64,000 bases of DNA. Origin: Nitrosopumilus sp. GTDB lineage: Archaea; Thermoproteota; Nitrososphaeria; Nitrososphaerales; Nitrosopumilaceae. Shown piece by piece: positions 11,204-21,326 of this stretch. The stretch lies in contig OZ241981.1 of assembly GCA_965204345.1 (NCBI GenBank), positions 992,001 to 1,056,000 on the forward strand, read 5' to 3'. The notes under the pieces are model-generated. The model was given only the letters and a program-made list of their open reading frames with translations. It made no database searches and was not told the DNA's origin. Numbering within the stretch: position 1 is the first letter of the stretch; each line of letters opens with the position of its first letter. The position numbers and the translations under genes were made by a program.

Positions 11204-11419
11204 TTATACAGTAATTTTTAGAATTTGTTTGTGTTTTGATTTCATCAGGTTTTCTTCTAAAACCAAATCAATTGCTTCTTTCATATTACTTTGTAATTCT
11301 TCTAATGTTTCTCCTTGGGATATTGCAGCAGGTAATTCAAGACAACTACCTGAAAAACCTCCTTCATCTTCTTTTTCTACCAAAATTGTATAACTTGAAA
11401 CTGTTTTATCTTCACTCAT
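11204..11419 (-). CDS. hicB: HicB-family antitoxin
   Basis: YTILVEKEDEGGFSGSCLELPAAISQGETLEELQSNMKEAIDLVLE. Confidence 0.9.
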   Translation of the reverse strand: MSEDKTVSSYTILVEKEDEGGFSGSCLELPAAISQGETLEELQSNMKEAIDLVLEENLMKSKHKQILKITV

Positions 11420-11489
11420 TTTTATCTGATTTAGATATGTCATTTTTCAATATTTAAACACAATTATTGTGATATACCCTGACATACAT

Positions 11490-11580
11490 TTTAATTGCAT
11501 TTTGAATTAATGTAATCCATTTGTTTATCTCTTCTATGAAGATATTGCATACGTCTGAAGTCTTTTCATTCAGGGATATA
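11490..11580 (-). pseudogene. IS6-like transposase 3' remnant
   Basis: Minus strand reads ...NKWITLIQNA, matching the C-terminus of the 35507-36652 transposase (NKWLTLMQNAS). Confidence 0.55.
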
Positions 11581-11585
11581 TGAGG

Positions 11586-12180
11586 ATGACAACCCTCAAG
11601 AGGCTGAGGGCAAAGAAAATTTCCGTATTGCTATTAACTAATTCCTCAAAGTATGATCTTGAGGATGCAAAAGAAACATTGGTAGTGGAAAACTTGCACA
11701 GAAACAAGATGAATACCAAAGATACGACTGCAGGATGTGTGTCTTCTTGACTGAAAAAACTGGCAAGTCAAAGGCCGCACAATCCCTTGGAATTTCATCC
11801 CAGACCCTAAAGAAATACCTTGGATTTGCAGCGGTTCCAGATAGATTAAGACAGCATGGCCCACAAGAAATTTCTCGTGATGATCTCACCAAACTATACC
11901 AAATAATTTCCAATATCCAAAAAATTGAAAACATTATACAAAAAAAATAGCCCCATTGGACACAAAGCTCCGAAAAGAATACCTCCGTGTATTGGCTCGC
12001 AGTCCAAAGTCATCCCATAAAAAATTATTAAAAATTGCAAAATCCCGCATGCTGCAACAAAAAATCAAACTTGAGTTGACAAAGGGTGCTGCAAGAAAAT
12101 TAAAAAAACACGCAAGCAAAAACAATGTGAATCCTGATCAGATGGCAAACAAGATTCTATCTGACTGGCTCAAAAAATAA
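11586..12180 (+). pseudogene. fragmented ParB/Spo0J-like HTH protein
   Basis: LKRLRAKKI, LVVENLHR and KSKAAQSLGISSQTLKKYLGF spread over several frames. Confidence 0.6.
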
Positions 12181-12368
12181 GCACACATGTGGTGTACCTA
12201 GTAAAAATTACACATGATGGAATTAATGATTTACAAAATAGAAAAAATTATTCGAGTAGGACGTTAAAAATTGTCTAATTGGATCTCGCAAATAATTAAT
12301 TCCTAAATCAGAAATTTTTGAGAATAGAACTCGTGATGGTTGCCAAGTATGGTATATGACATATGTCT

Positions 12369-12493
12369 GAAAAACACATATCTCCTCAGGATACATAGGT
12401 TCAAATCATTCCTAACGGATTGTGACTATAGCTTGAATCAGCTAATAAAATTCACTAATAATCTAATTCATGACTAGAAGCTAAACCCCCCAA
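12369..12493 (+). repeat. ~120-bp imperfect direct repeat, copy 2
   Basis: Matches 6479-6600; ends in taaacccccaag, identical to 4622-4633. Confidence 0.85.
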
Positions 12494-12586
12494 GATTTGT
12501 CCCTATTTTTTTAGTTGATCGTTTTTAGTAAAACTGTCATTGGAAATATGGGAAACCCTTATATTCAAATTTATTGATTCATCAAC

Positions 12587-12772
12587 ATGAATAAAACCAA
12601 TTCACAACGTGCAATCAAGCTTGTGTTTACACAAGAGCAAATTGAAGAACAGGTGAAATTCACACAAGACCTAGAACAAGGCAATGTCGAGACCGCTTTC
12701 GAAGGATCATTCTTAGAAGGTAAGGCGTTTTTAGAAGGAGTAAGCGAACTTGTGGAAAGTCGCATTCACTAA
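12587..12772 (+). CDS. putative antitoxin
   Basis: 61-aa acidic ORF overlapping the start of a RelE-like gene. Confidence 0.5.
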   Translation: MNKTNSQRAIKLVFTQEQIEEQVKFTQDLEQGNVETAFEGSFLEGKAFLEGVSELVESRIH

Positions 12773-13025
12773 AAAATTCTTCATCCAATTTATGAAGTTA
12801 GAAAATAACGCTAGAAAATTCGTAATGGAATATGTTGATTATATACTTGATAATGCAAACAACACAGAGAAATTCGAATATGACATAGTTGATGAATATG
12901 AAGATAGCGTTGAGACCATGCAAATGCCTGTTAACTACAAAGTCGTTACAGAAGAGGAAAAAGTGTACATTATTTCTGTTAATACTACTGGTCTAGAACA
13001 ACATAAAAAACATAGACAATTTTAA
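12750..13025 (+). CDS. RelE/ParE-like toxin (divergent)
   Basis: MWKVAFTKKFFIQFMKL N-terminus and YKVVTEEEKVYIISV C-terminus. Confidence 0.55.
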   Translation: MWKVAFTKKFFIQFMKLENNARKFVMEYVDYILDNANNTEKFEYDIVDEYEDSVETMQMPVNYKVVTEEEKVYIISVNTTGLEQHKKHRQF

Positions 13026-13230
13026 TTTTTTACTGGTGTTTTGAATTAATGTAATCCATGTATTGTCTCCTTTGGTTTCCGTTCCATATTTCTCATTAGA
13101 CGGTGTCATATTACCTAATGCACTATGAGGTCTAATGTAGTTATGAAACAACTGATAGCCTGTTAGTATAATAGAATCTTTTTTCTTTGTTTCTCTCATT
13201 ACTTTTTCTCTGTATCTAATTTCACAAAGA
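13020..13230 (-). pseudogene. IS6-like transposase C-terminal remnant
   Basis: RYREKVMRETKKKDS...YQLFHNYIRPHSALGNMTP...WITLIQN, homologous to 35507-36652. Confidence 0.75.
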
Positions 13231-13285
13231 ATCAAAAATAAATGTCCATATACATAACACCATATCACAGATAAGGAGTGTAATC

Positions 13286-13504
13286 ATGGTGAATGAATTA
13301 AAAGTAAAGTTAGAAAAATCAAAAGAGGGCATGATTGCTCAATCTCTGGACAATCCAGAGATTATCGTTACAGGTTCAAACAAGACGGAGATAAAATCTG
13401 AATTAAAAGAGATTCTCTTGGGATATGTAGAGGCATATCCTGAGACAAAGAAAGAGTTTTTTGTAAATAATAAAATGATTGATGTAAAATTCATTGATGT
13501 TTAA
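13286..13504 (+). CDS. HicB-like protein
   Basis: GMIAQSLDNPEIIVTGSNKTEIKSELKEILLGYVEAYPE fits the HicB fold pattern. Confidence 0.6.
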   Translation: MVNELKVKLEKSKEGMIAQSLDNPEIIVTGSNKTEIKSELKEILLGYVEAYPETKKEFFVNNKMIDVKFIDV

Positions 13505-14122
13505 CTGGCATTATTTTAAAAAAGTTTGAGACACATTTGAACATTACCAAGATGCTACATCTTCTCATGTCTTATAAGATAATAACTACAATACCCTTCT
13601 CTGCATTTTAGTAATTTTGTTTATTGCTTGGTTTTCTGTAATAGAGCACATATTTGTTGGTTTTTACAAATATGGTGATCTTTGTCTATGTGTATGGATT
13701 GTGATTATGAAGGTGTATGTTTTGGATCTAGAGATAATGTAGCTTATGATGAGTATTTACAATGCAATGCCATTTGAAACCTAAATAATAACTCAAAAAA
13801 TTTTGGAAATACACTGATTGCCATGAATTAATTATATCAAGATCACATCAGGTATGATTGAAAGCCGAGTCTTTTTCTAAACCAAGCATTTGAATTAATA
13901 CTGATAAGACTAAAGAGATAGGATCTTTCTTATCTTGATGTTAAAAAAGAAATTCAGATTTGATGTATAGATGAAAATCTTCAATGACAGCAGATCACCA
14001 GAATAATAAAAAATAAGTTTTCTCAATGCAGCTTTTCAGATTTGACTGACATCAAAAAAAATCAAAGCATATGAAAAAAAACTCTACAAACCCTTAAAAT
14101 GGTAATTAATTGCTAGGTGGTT

Positions 14123-14197
14123 GGGCCCATAGCTCAGCATGGATAGAGTGTTGGACTTCTAATCCAATGGTCAAGGGATCGAAGCCCTTTGGGCCCG
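14123..14197 (+). tRNA. tRNA-Arg (anticodon TCT)
   Basis: GGGCCCA acceptor stem, anticodon arm ttgga-cttctaa-tccaa, T-arm aaggg-atcgaag-ccctt; TATA-like ttaaaat upstream. Confidence 0.95.
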
Positions 14198-14237
14198 CTT
14201 GACAAAACTATTAACAGGATTTGATGTCAAGTTTTCT

Positions 14238-14591
14238 GTGGAAGATTTAGAATTTGAATTAAATTCAGCAGAGATTCATCCAGATTCTCAGATCAAAGGG
14301 ACAATTGCAGTTGCATATCCAGGTAGGTATGACGGGGTTGTGATAAACACGCAGATTTCAGATTCAAATGAGCACATTATCTACAAATCATATAATCAAA
14401 AGGCAATTTCACAAAATGTGTCGCGGTTGTTTATCAGCAAGGACGCAATGCCTGAGCACAGGGCAGAATTTACAGCAGTAATTAGTTTTGAGACAGAAAA
14501 AGAGCATGAGATCAAATTCAGGGTTTCAATTATCGAGCAGCACAAGGAGATTCAAAGCAAGATAATATTTGCAAGATATTCCAGCAGCTAG
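14238..14591 (+). CDS. conserved hypothetical protein (beta-sandwich-like)
   Basis: ORF 14199-14591; GTG start inferred. Confidence 0.7.
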   Translation: MEDLEFELNSAEIHPDSQIKGTIAVAYPGRYDGVVINTQISDSNEHIIYKSYNQKAISQNVSRLFISKDAMPEHRAEFTAVISFETEKEHEIKFRVSIIEQHKEIQSKIIFARYSSS

Positions 14592-15052
14592 AACCTGCTC
14601 TTTTCTACGGTAATCACACCAGTCATCCATGGATGAGGGGTACAGTGATATGAAACCTCCTGGGGTTCAGTAAACAAGAACTCGTACCTGTCACCGGGTT
14701 TTAAGACTCCAGTTGAGCCAAAATCGCCACTGTATCTATCTGCATGCCTGTGGTCAGGGGTAACTGTATGCGCAGTATCATCGTTGTTTACCCATACGAC
14801 GTTGTTGCTGATGGTCAGCAAAACCACAGGCTTGTTTGGCACGTAACTTTCATTTCCCTCAGTCACAGCACCTGGAACTATCTCGATGAGAAATTCTGCA
14901 TTATCAGGATGCAAGATGTGATCTGCCACAGAGGGCTTTGTCAGGGACTCGGGAAGATAAAACGACGTGTAAAAGATAAGAGATGCAGACATTCCAACAA
15001 TTAGTGCAATCATTCCAATACCATATGCGTGGCTTGATGTGGGTGCGCTCAT
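14588..15052 (-). CDS. membrane-anchored blue copper (plastocyanin-like) protein of complex III
   Basis: N-terminal TM helix; WVNNDDTAHTVT and YHCTPHPWM Cu ligands; in operon with cytochrome b. Confidence 0.92.
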   Translation of the reverse strand: MSAPTSSHAYGIGMIALIVGMSASLIFYTSFYLPESLTKPSVADHILHPDNAEFLIEIVPGAVTEGNESYVPNKPVVLLTISNNVVWVNNDDTAHTVTPDHRHADRYSGDFGSTGVLKPGDRYEFLFTEPQEVSYHCTPHPWMTGVITVEKSRF

Positions 15053-16716
15053 AATTTTTTCACTCCGTCAGGATGATTATCAGAAGCTGTGGCAGCATTT
15101 GAATCGTTGCTTGCAGCAGCAGTAGCAGCAGTAGTAGTAGCGCCTACGCCTCTTTCTCCCGAGTCTGTTGCTGTTGCAGCTTGGGTTTTAGGTACGGACA
15201 GCACTTCTGGTGCCAGCTCCTTTGGAGGCTGTTTTGCATCAGATGCAGGCTGTTTACCATTACTATCATCTGCAAGCTTGCCTGGCTCTGCAGGTGCCTC
15301 TGGTTCTGGAAGCTTTGGCTTTTCTTCAACCACAGGTACCGGAGATGGTGGGGGCATGTTCTTTTGCTGGCTCATCGCGTACCTGTACAGGTGGAAGAAT
15401 GCGGCAAACACCAGCAGTATAATACCTATAAAGAACAGCGAGATGTTCTTCATTCCAATCAGGGCGGCATTGTATGCTGCGATATTTAAGAACACCTGGA
15501 ATGCCAGCAATGCAACTAGCAGCCAGTTAATCCATTTTTCAGAGAGGTTGATTGTGGCGACCTTTTGCGGTCCGTTGCTCTTGGCAAGTTTGGATTTTCT
15601 TTCGGCCTCGTTTGCCAGCTTGATCATCATGTATGTAAACCCGAATCCCAGCGGAACCAGCAGTATCATCGTTGAGTAAAAGAAGATTGGATCAATTACC
15701 AGACGCTCAACTAGCGGAATCGTGGTGTCAGGCGATATATAGAATCCCCAATAGGTGGTAACCATGATTTGTGCAAGACTCGTAATACCAAATGCAGTGA
15801 TAATCGGTCTGTCTCTCCATGAGAACTTTTTGTACCTGTCAATGAACGGTATTAGCACAAAGGATATGATAAACAACAACGGCCACATCAGCCCTGTAAC
15901 AAACTTGTCATACTGCGTCCTCATAAAGGCATAGATTCCAGTCAGATACCACTCTGGAACAGTAACCCCCGGAGGCACCGTGGGCTCAAACTTGAATCCC
16001 AGATCAATGGGGAATACTCCTCCGGTAATCAGTATTGCGCCTCCAATTGCCATCACCATTGGCACATCAAAGACCAGAAACCTCGGAAAGTGGACTGCCA
16101 TTAACCCCAGCATTACAATGGGCAGCAAGAAGACATGCTGTGCATAGAATCTTAACACAAAGTCTGAGAATCCGCTGCCCAGCGCCGCATCACGTATTGT
16201 GGGTCCGACAACGGGTATGGAGGTAGTCAGCGATGCGGCAATGCTGATTGCAAGCTCTGCCCTCTCACTGAAGATGACATCATATCCGGTAAATGCCTCA
16301 AGAATTGTGACAGTCCCAAGAATGACTCCGGTCATCCACAGTACCTCGTTTCTGATCTTGTATCTTCCGCTAAAGTACTGATAATACATGTGAAGTACTG
16401 CCAAGAGCACCATGGCATTTGAGCCGTGATAGTGGATGTTCCTAATATGAAAACCAAATGGAACCTCGTCATTGATGTACTGGACGCTGTCCCAGGCCCT
16501 GTCAAGTATCGGCTGGTAATAAAACATCAGCAGGGCACCTGAGACGCCAAGAATAATAAAGACGATAAAGGTCAGCATTCCCAAGAATCCAAACGGGCTT
16601 ACAAACCTGGCTGGAAACGAGAACTTTATTGCAGTAAAGATTGTCCTGTCTACCCCGTCCCACAGCCAATAAAGCAGCGCTACGATCCCGGTTCTTCGCT
16701 TAAGCGAAACGGCCAT
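15049..16716 (-). CDS. petB: cytochrome b of the bc-type complex III
   Basis: RNIHYHG, LHM, FTGY, RFYAQH and PEWY motifs; extra TM helices and a low-complexity tail. Confidence 0.93.
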   Translation of the reverse strand: MAVSLKRRTGIVALLYWLWDGVDRTIFTAIKFSFPARFVSPFGFLGMLTFIVFIILGVSGALLMFYYQPILDRAWDSVQYINDEVPFGFHIRNIHYHGSNAMVLLAVLHMYYQYFSGRYKIRNEVLWMTGVILGTVTILEAFTGYDVIFSERAELAISIAASLTTSIPVVGPTIRDAALGSGFSDFVLRFYAQHVFLLPIVMLGLMAVHFPRFLVFDVPMVMAIGGAILITGGVFPIDLGFKFEPTVPPGVTVPEWYLTGIYAFMRTQYDKFVTGLMWPLLFIISFVLIPFIDRYKKFSWRDRPIITAFGITSLAQIMVTTYWGFYISPDTTIPLVERLVIDPIFFYSTMILLVPLGFGFTYMMIKLANEAERKSKLAKSNGPQKVATINLSEKWINWLLVALLAFQVFLNIAAYNAALIGMKNISLFFIGIILLVFAAFFHLYRYAMSQQKNMPPPSPVPVVEEKPKLPEPEAPAEPGKLADDSNGKQPASDAKQPPKELAPEVLSVPKTQAATATDSGERGVGATTTAATAAASNDSNAATASDNHPDGVKKL

Positions 16717-17305
16717 ATCCAATTACTCCATTTTCGTTTACGTTAAACTTTGGCGGCATGATAAACACAGAGCCGTCTGGATCAATGTCCAAAGTCAACT
16801 CAGGCAGAGTGTTTGAGGGTTCGGCCTGTACTGATGCGGGACCTTCAAACGCAGTCCCAGTTGTTGCATCATAGCTGCTTCCATGACACGGACACTCTCC
16901 GCGCTTTCTGTTATCATCAGGCCAGTACTTCCACAGACACCATAAATGTAAACAAATCATACTGTAAGCTCTAAAGGCAGTGGTATCCTTCTTTTGGCCG
17001 CCCAGTTCTTCAGGTAGCCTGATAAACTGCCACTTGCGAAAGGCCTCTGCATCAAGTGCTGCATCGCCGGTTGCAGGATACGTAATGACTTCGGCATGGT
17101 TGACCGGATAGGTGTTAATGTTGGCATGTGCCCCATCAGGCAGGATTACTGGAACCCTTTCAAGGGAGGCCTGGTTTGGGTTTGGCATAAAGTTGCCAAA
17201 CGGGACAAAAGGGGCAAAAGCTAATCCCGTGCCTGCCGCACCCATTAGTTTGAGAAAGTCTCTTCGGGATAATCCGCCAGACTTTTTTGTCCCCAGTTCT
17301 GACAT
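16700..17305 (-). CDS. Rieske 2Fe-2S protein with Tat signal
   Basis: SRRDFLK, CLHLWC, CPCHGS. Confidence 0.95.
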   Translation of the reverse strand: MSELGTKKSGGLSRRDFLKLMGAAGTGLAFAPFVPFGNFMPNPNQASLERVPVILPDGAHANINTYPVNHAEVITYPATGDAALDAEAFRKWQFIRLPEELGGQKKDTTAFRAYSMICLHLWCLWKYWPDDNRKRGECPCHGSSYDATTGTAFEGPASVQAEPSNTLPELTLDIDPDGSVFIMPPKFNVNENGVIGYGRFA

Positions 17306-17347
17306 TCAGCTCTCATGCTCGCCAAATTGCTTATAAACCTTATTCAA

Positions 17348-20300
17348 TTATTTAGGAAGTTTTTCCCTAATGATGAAAATAAAAATCACTCCGATCGCAA
17401 CCCCTGCCATTATGCCAATGGTGACTCCCACACCAAACGTATGGTCTGCAAGCACGTTGGTTTTGTTATTTGGTGTTACAGTTGTTGCTAGCTCTGAATC
17501 CTTTGTTTCTGATGGCATCATGACCGTAGAATTATTTTCTGAATCATTTGCAGGCAGATCAGACAAGACCTTATCATCATCATCATGCATCTGCATCTGC
17601 TGATTTGCATTAGCATCAGATGAGATGTTTGTAAATTTTGCTGCAAGCGAGATGGGCTCAGTAGGCAAGATGCCTCCAAACAGGGTAGAGTGTGCCAAAA
17701 GCGTGTAGGTGCCTGTATGATTAATTGGCACATAAAGTACTGTGGATGTGTCATCCTTGTTTTTGACGGGGAAAAAGCCGCCGCCCTGACTAAACAGTGA
17801 CCCGCCCAGCCAGTCAAGGGACGGCCATCCATAAAAGTAGTCAAAGACACCAGGGGGAACATTGGTTTGGACTATTTTTCCAGACGGGTCCATTACAAAG
17901 ACTGACAGGTTTGTATCATTGCTAATCCAGGAAAGCTCAATTGCTCCGGTATTGATTGACTCGTCTTGTATGTCAAAGTAGTACTGTCTCCAGTCGCCTG
18001 CCATGTAGCGGTTGGTCATGTCAAAGGCACCCTTGACGTATCCGTTGCCATAAAGTATGCTGTCATTGTCTTGTATGCCCTCAAGCAGAAACGAAGAATT
18101 GTTTTCAAGCACCGGCTGCTTGATTGCAAAGGATACCGGGGCATTTACCGTATGGTTGCTGCTGCTACTGCTGCCCTGAAAGGACAAAAACCCCTGATAG
18201 ACCCCTGTCCGAAGATCATTGGGGGTGATCAGTGTCACATCAACCTCAGATGTGTCCTCAGGTCCCACAGAGACTGTTTCAGATTCTGTCCACAGTACGG
18301 GCCATCTCTCCTTTTGATAGTGGCTTGCAGAGATTGTATAATCCATGGACGTTGAATTCAGATTTGTATCGCCAAACCAGTACGAGTATCTGGTGGGAAC
18401 CGGATATACGCCAACTAACGGAACGCCGTCAAACTTTTCGGCAGGTTCTGATACCCGTAGTTCCTGGACGGTTCCCCAGGAGCCGGACCTGTTTATCAGG
18501 GACAGCTCATCGCTGGTAATTTTTGTGTCATTGTTGTTATCAAGCCAGTCATAAAGATACAGCGAGGAGATTTTCAGGTCATCGGCATACACGTCTGAGG
18601 TCCTGTTCATAAAGTCATCAAAGAGAAAGTTGACTGTCAGCACCATCAGTGAGGAGTCATCAGGTATTGGGTTCTCCTCATTAAAAAAGGTCCCCAGCTC
18701 GGTACTGGAGTTTACATCAGATAGCTTGACATAGTTTGGGATAAACGCATCAGTCTTGTTTGCCAATGAAGAGGAGGAAGGATCCTCCTGGCGAAGAACC
18801 GTCGTGCCACTAAAGTTGCCGTGTGTTAGCAGTGAGAGGGTTTGGGGCTTTACATTTACCGTTATGGTCTCATTGGTTGGATTCTCAATGGTAAACGTAG
18901 TCATGGTCCTGTCTCCCGGAAGCAGCTGTCCTGCAAACCAGCCAGTCATCGGAAAGGACCGCGAGGGAAGATCAAACTGTTCAAATCCTGCTGCACTAAA
19001 GTTGAACTTTTGCATGGCAGGCTCCAAAGTGTCTTTTACGTTGTGATACGACATGTCATTATACACGATGAATACGCCGTTCTCACCATTGACGTAATCT
19101 AACGCGGCTTTAACATTTGCCAGGCCCGAGCCCTGAGTAAATGGATCATTGCCAAGATCAGTTGCAGTAGACATTAGGATATTTTTGATCATAAATGGAT
19201 CATAATCCTGTGACTGTTTTTTTAGTTCCTCAATTAGGATTGCAGCGCTGCCTGAGACAATGGGGGCTGCCATGCTGGTACCCCCAAACAGTGAGAAGGA
19301 TTCCAGCTTTGAATCCCTGTTTATCTTAAGTACGTTGGAGGGAACAAAGCCGTGGGCGCCTATGCTCATAAGATCAGGCTTTGGATCCCCAATGGGACTG
19401 GGACCCCTGCTTGAAAAGTCAACTATGTGATTATAATGATCAGTCGTGTTTCCAAACCTTGGCTGATCCTTAAACGGCCCGTAACCTACAAAGACATTGT
19501 TGTTTGTGGCCCCCACTGATATTCCAAACGGGGATGCGTTTGGCAGCCCGATGGTGCCATACCCGTGCCCGGAATTTCCGGCACTTGAGATGATTGTCAC
19601 CCCCGGATAGTCATCATCTATGGAATGGGGGGTTGCAAGCACGCTTAGAATCAGCGATAGCACGTCCATCCCAGGGGAGGACTCAAGGGAGGGAAAAGTC
19701 GAGATTCCCCAGCTATTGGAGATTATGTCGGCTCTTGGCTTGCCTGAAAACTTCCAGCCATTAGCACCACCACCACCATCATGGTTTTCAAATCCCGCAG
19801 ACCACAGCCACCCGTACACGGTATCGCCAAACCACAGTGCCTTTACAGGAATAATCTTTGCATCAGGTGCTACGCCTGCAATGGAGTATGCCTTTGAGTT
19901 GTTGTATATGTCATAGTGCTGCTGGCCCCTTGATGTGATGGACGCGGCACTTGATGTTCCATGTCCTGCAAAGTCAGTCATCATTCCAAAAAAGTTGCCG
20001 TCAGGATCTAGTGCCGGCAGCAGTGTCCCGTTAACTGCGTTTATGCTATCATTAATCTCAGCAGATGTGTTGTTGTTTATTGCGCCATACAAATCAAGCA
20101 CCCGTGCGCCCAAAGTACCCGCACTGTAGTCGTTTTTTCCATCATCATTTGAGTCATACACCAAAAACTCGTTTCCACTCCCAAGTGTGATTGGCTTTTC
20201 GTCAGTAAAGTCAAAGTCGTAAACTGGCATCTGGTCAGACTCTAGGTCAAAGCGCGTATAGTCCTCCCAGGAAGTGCTCATGTCAGGTATGACAGTATCA

Positions 20301-21295
20301 TATACCCCTGCAACAAAAGAGTCCACCACAAGGACCGGCACCACCTGAATCCTGGCAAACGGGCCCGAGGCTGCCCCCTGGTAGATTACCCCAAGGTGGT
20401 ATATCCCGCTCTTTGACTTTATGTAATTTCTGTTGTCATCGCCGATCTTCATGTCATTTGCAAGGGTTCCGTTAAATGTGACTGAGCTGCCAAGCTGGGG
20501 GAAAAACGAGTTGTAGATTGCAATGTCACTGCCGTCTCCTCCCTGGGAGACGTCAAGGAACACGCCGTCCCTAGTCACGTATGCCGAGGAGGTCATCTCA
20601 GGCGGGAGCGGGCTGCTGTAGTTTCTGATGATCTGGTTCTCATCAACATATGCAAAAAAGGTAGCATTTGTCAGGACTATCCCCTGGCCGTCAGGATCAA
20701 GCATGACTGGATGGTTCAGCTCGTCTCGTGCAAGCGAATGCCTTATGTCCAGATTCGAAAAGTCAACTCCGGTATCCACAACTGCAATTGTCGTGCCATT
20801 TCCGCTTGCACCATATCTTTGCAGCGCAGTATCAGACTTGCTAATCTTGGCAATTCTTGAGGCATCACTTATCTTTTCATCTGACGGGGAGTGAAAGTCA
20901 AGCTGAAAGTCTTCTATGACGCCGTATCCCAGCGAGGACAGACGGGATGCGTCACTATCGGAGAGCATTGTCACATAAAAGAACCCGTTATCAGAGTTGA
21001 TTCCAAACAGGGAGTTGTCTTTTAGGAGAGGATGCCCAGAGTTCCCCGAATCTGCTGCTCGTGGTGGTGCTGTCCCGAAGATCAGATATCGTTTAAAGTC
21101 ATTTTCAACAAAAAAATCAGAGTCAAACTCTATTATGCCAGAGCCAAACTCGACTGGTTTTTGCGTGTTACCTTGAAGGGATACATCGTCTCCGGATGAT
21201 GATGATGATAATGGTAATGATGATGCAAACCCATACGAATTTGCAGTTACAAGGGATAACAGCATAACACAAAAGAAGATAGCCACCTTGGGCAT
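17348..21295 (-). CDS. membrane-anchored subtilisin-like S8 serine protease
   Basis: Signal peptide; catalytic motifs VVDTG, GHGT, AGNSG, GTSMAAP; C-terminal TM. Confidence 0.92.
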   Translation of the reverse strand: MPKVAIFFCVMLLSLVTANSYGFASSLPLSSSSSGDDVSLQGNTQKPVEFGSGIIEFDSDFFVENDFKRYLIFGTAPPRAADSGNSGHPLLKDNSLFGINSDNGFFYVTMLSDSDASRLSSLGYGVIEDFQLDFHSPSDEKISDASRIAKISKSDTALQRYGASGNGTTIAVVDTGVDFSNLDIRHSLARDELNHPVMLDPDGQGIVLTNATFFAYVDENQIIRNYSSPLPPEMTSSAYVTRDGVFLDVSQGGDGSDIAIYNSFFPQLGSSVTFNGTLANDMKIGDDNRNYIKSKSGIYHLGVIYQGAASGPFARIQVVPVLVVDSFVAGVYDTVIPDMSTSWEDYTRFDLESDQMPVYDFDFTDEKPITLGSGNEFLVYDSNDDGKNDYSAGTLGARVLDLYGAINNNTSAEINDSINAVNGTLLPALDPDGNFFGMMTDFAGHGTSSAASITSRGQQHYDIYNNSKAYSIAGVAPDAKIIPVKALWFGDTVYGWLWSAGFENHDGGGGANGWKFSGKPRADIISNSWGISTFPSLESSPGMDVLSLILSVLATPHSIDDDYPGVTIISSAGNSGHGYGTIGLPNASPFGISVGATNNNVFVGYGPFKDQPRFGNTTDHYNHIVDFSSRGPSPIGDPKPDLMSIGAHGFVPSNVLKINRDSKLESFSLFGGTSMAAPIVSGSAAILIEELKKQSQDYDPFMIKNILMSTATDLGNDPFTQGSGLANVKAALDYVNGENGVFIVYNDMSYHNVKDTLEPAMQKFNFSAAGFEQFDLPSRSFPMTGWFAGQLLPGDRTMTTFTIENPTNETITVNVKPQTLSLLTHGNFSGTTVLRQEDPSSSSLANKTDAFIPNYVKLSDVNSSTELGTFFNEENPIPDDSSLMVLTVNFLFDDFMNRTSDVYADDLKISSLYLYDWLDNNNDTKITSDELSLINRSGSWGTVQELRVSEPAEKFDGVPLVGVYPVPTRYSYWFGDTNLNSTSMDYTISASHYQKERWPVLWTESETVSVGPEDTSEVDVTLITPNDLRTGVYQGFLSFQGSSSSSNHTVNAPVSFAIKQPVLENNSSFLLEGIQDNDSILYGNGYVKGAFDMTNRYMAGDWRQYYFDIQDESINTGAIELSWISNDTNLSVFVMDPSGKIVQTNVPPGVFDYFYGWPSLDWLGGSLFSQGGGFFPVKNKDDTSTVLYVPINHTGTYTLLAHSTLFGGILPTEPISLAAKFTNISSDANANQQMQMHDDDDKVLSDLPANDSENNSTVMMPSETKDSELATTVTPNNKTNVLADHTFGVGVTIGIMAGVAIGVIFIFIIREKLPK

Positions 21296-21326
21296 TAATC
21301 AGTCTGGTTGTTCTGTATTATTATAA

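Larger units (their letters stand above)
4625..14085. mobile_element. AT-rich accessory island between ogg1 and tRNA-Arg (TA genes, IS remnants, pseudogenes)
   Basis: Visible drop in GC and coding density; IS481 and IS6-like fragments; HicB/RelE-like genes; internal repeats. Confidence 0.75.

Noticed and set aside
14123-14197. tRNA 3'-end duplication as an att site for the adjacent island
   Set aside because: No second copy of the tRNA 3' end was seen, and the island lies upstream of the tRNA.
14588-17305. Complex III with a cupredoxin in place of cytochrome c1
   Set aside because: Real, but a known standard feature of ammonia-oxidising archaea.
21196-21225. (GAT)n and similar triplet runs in the S8 protease and petB tail
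   Set aside because: In-frame low-complexity Ser/Asp/Ala linkers; they do not switch frame.
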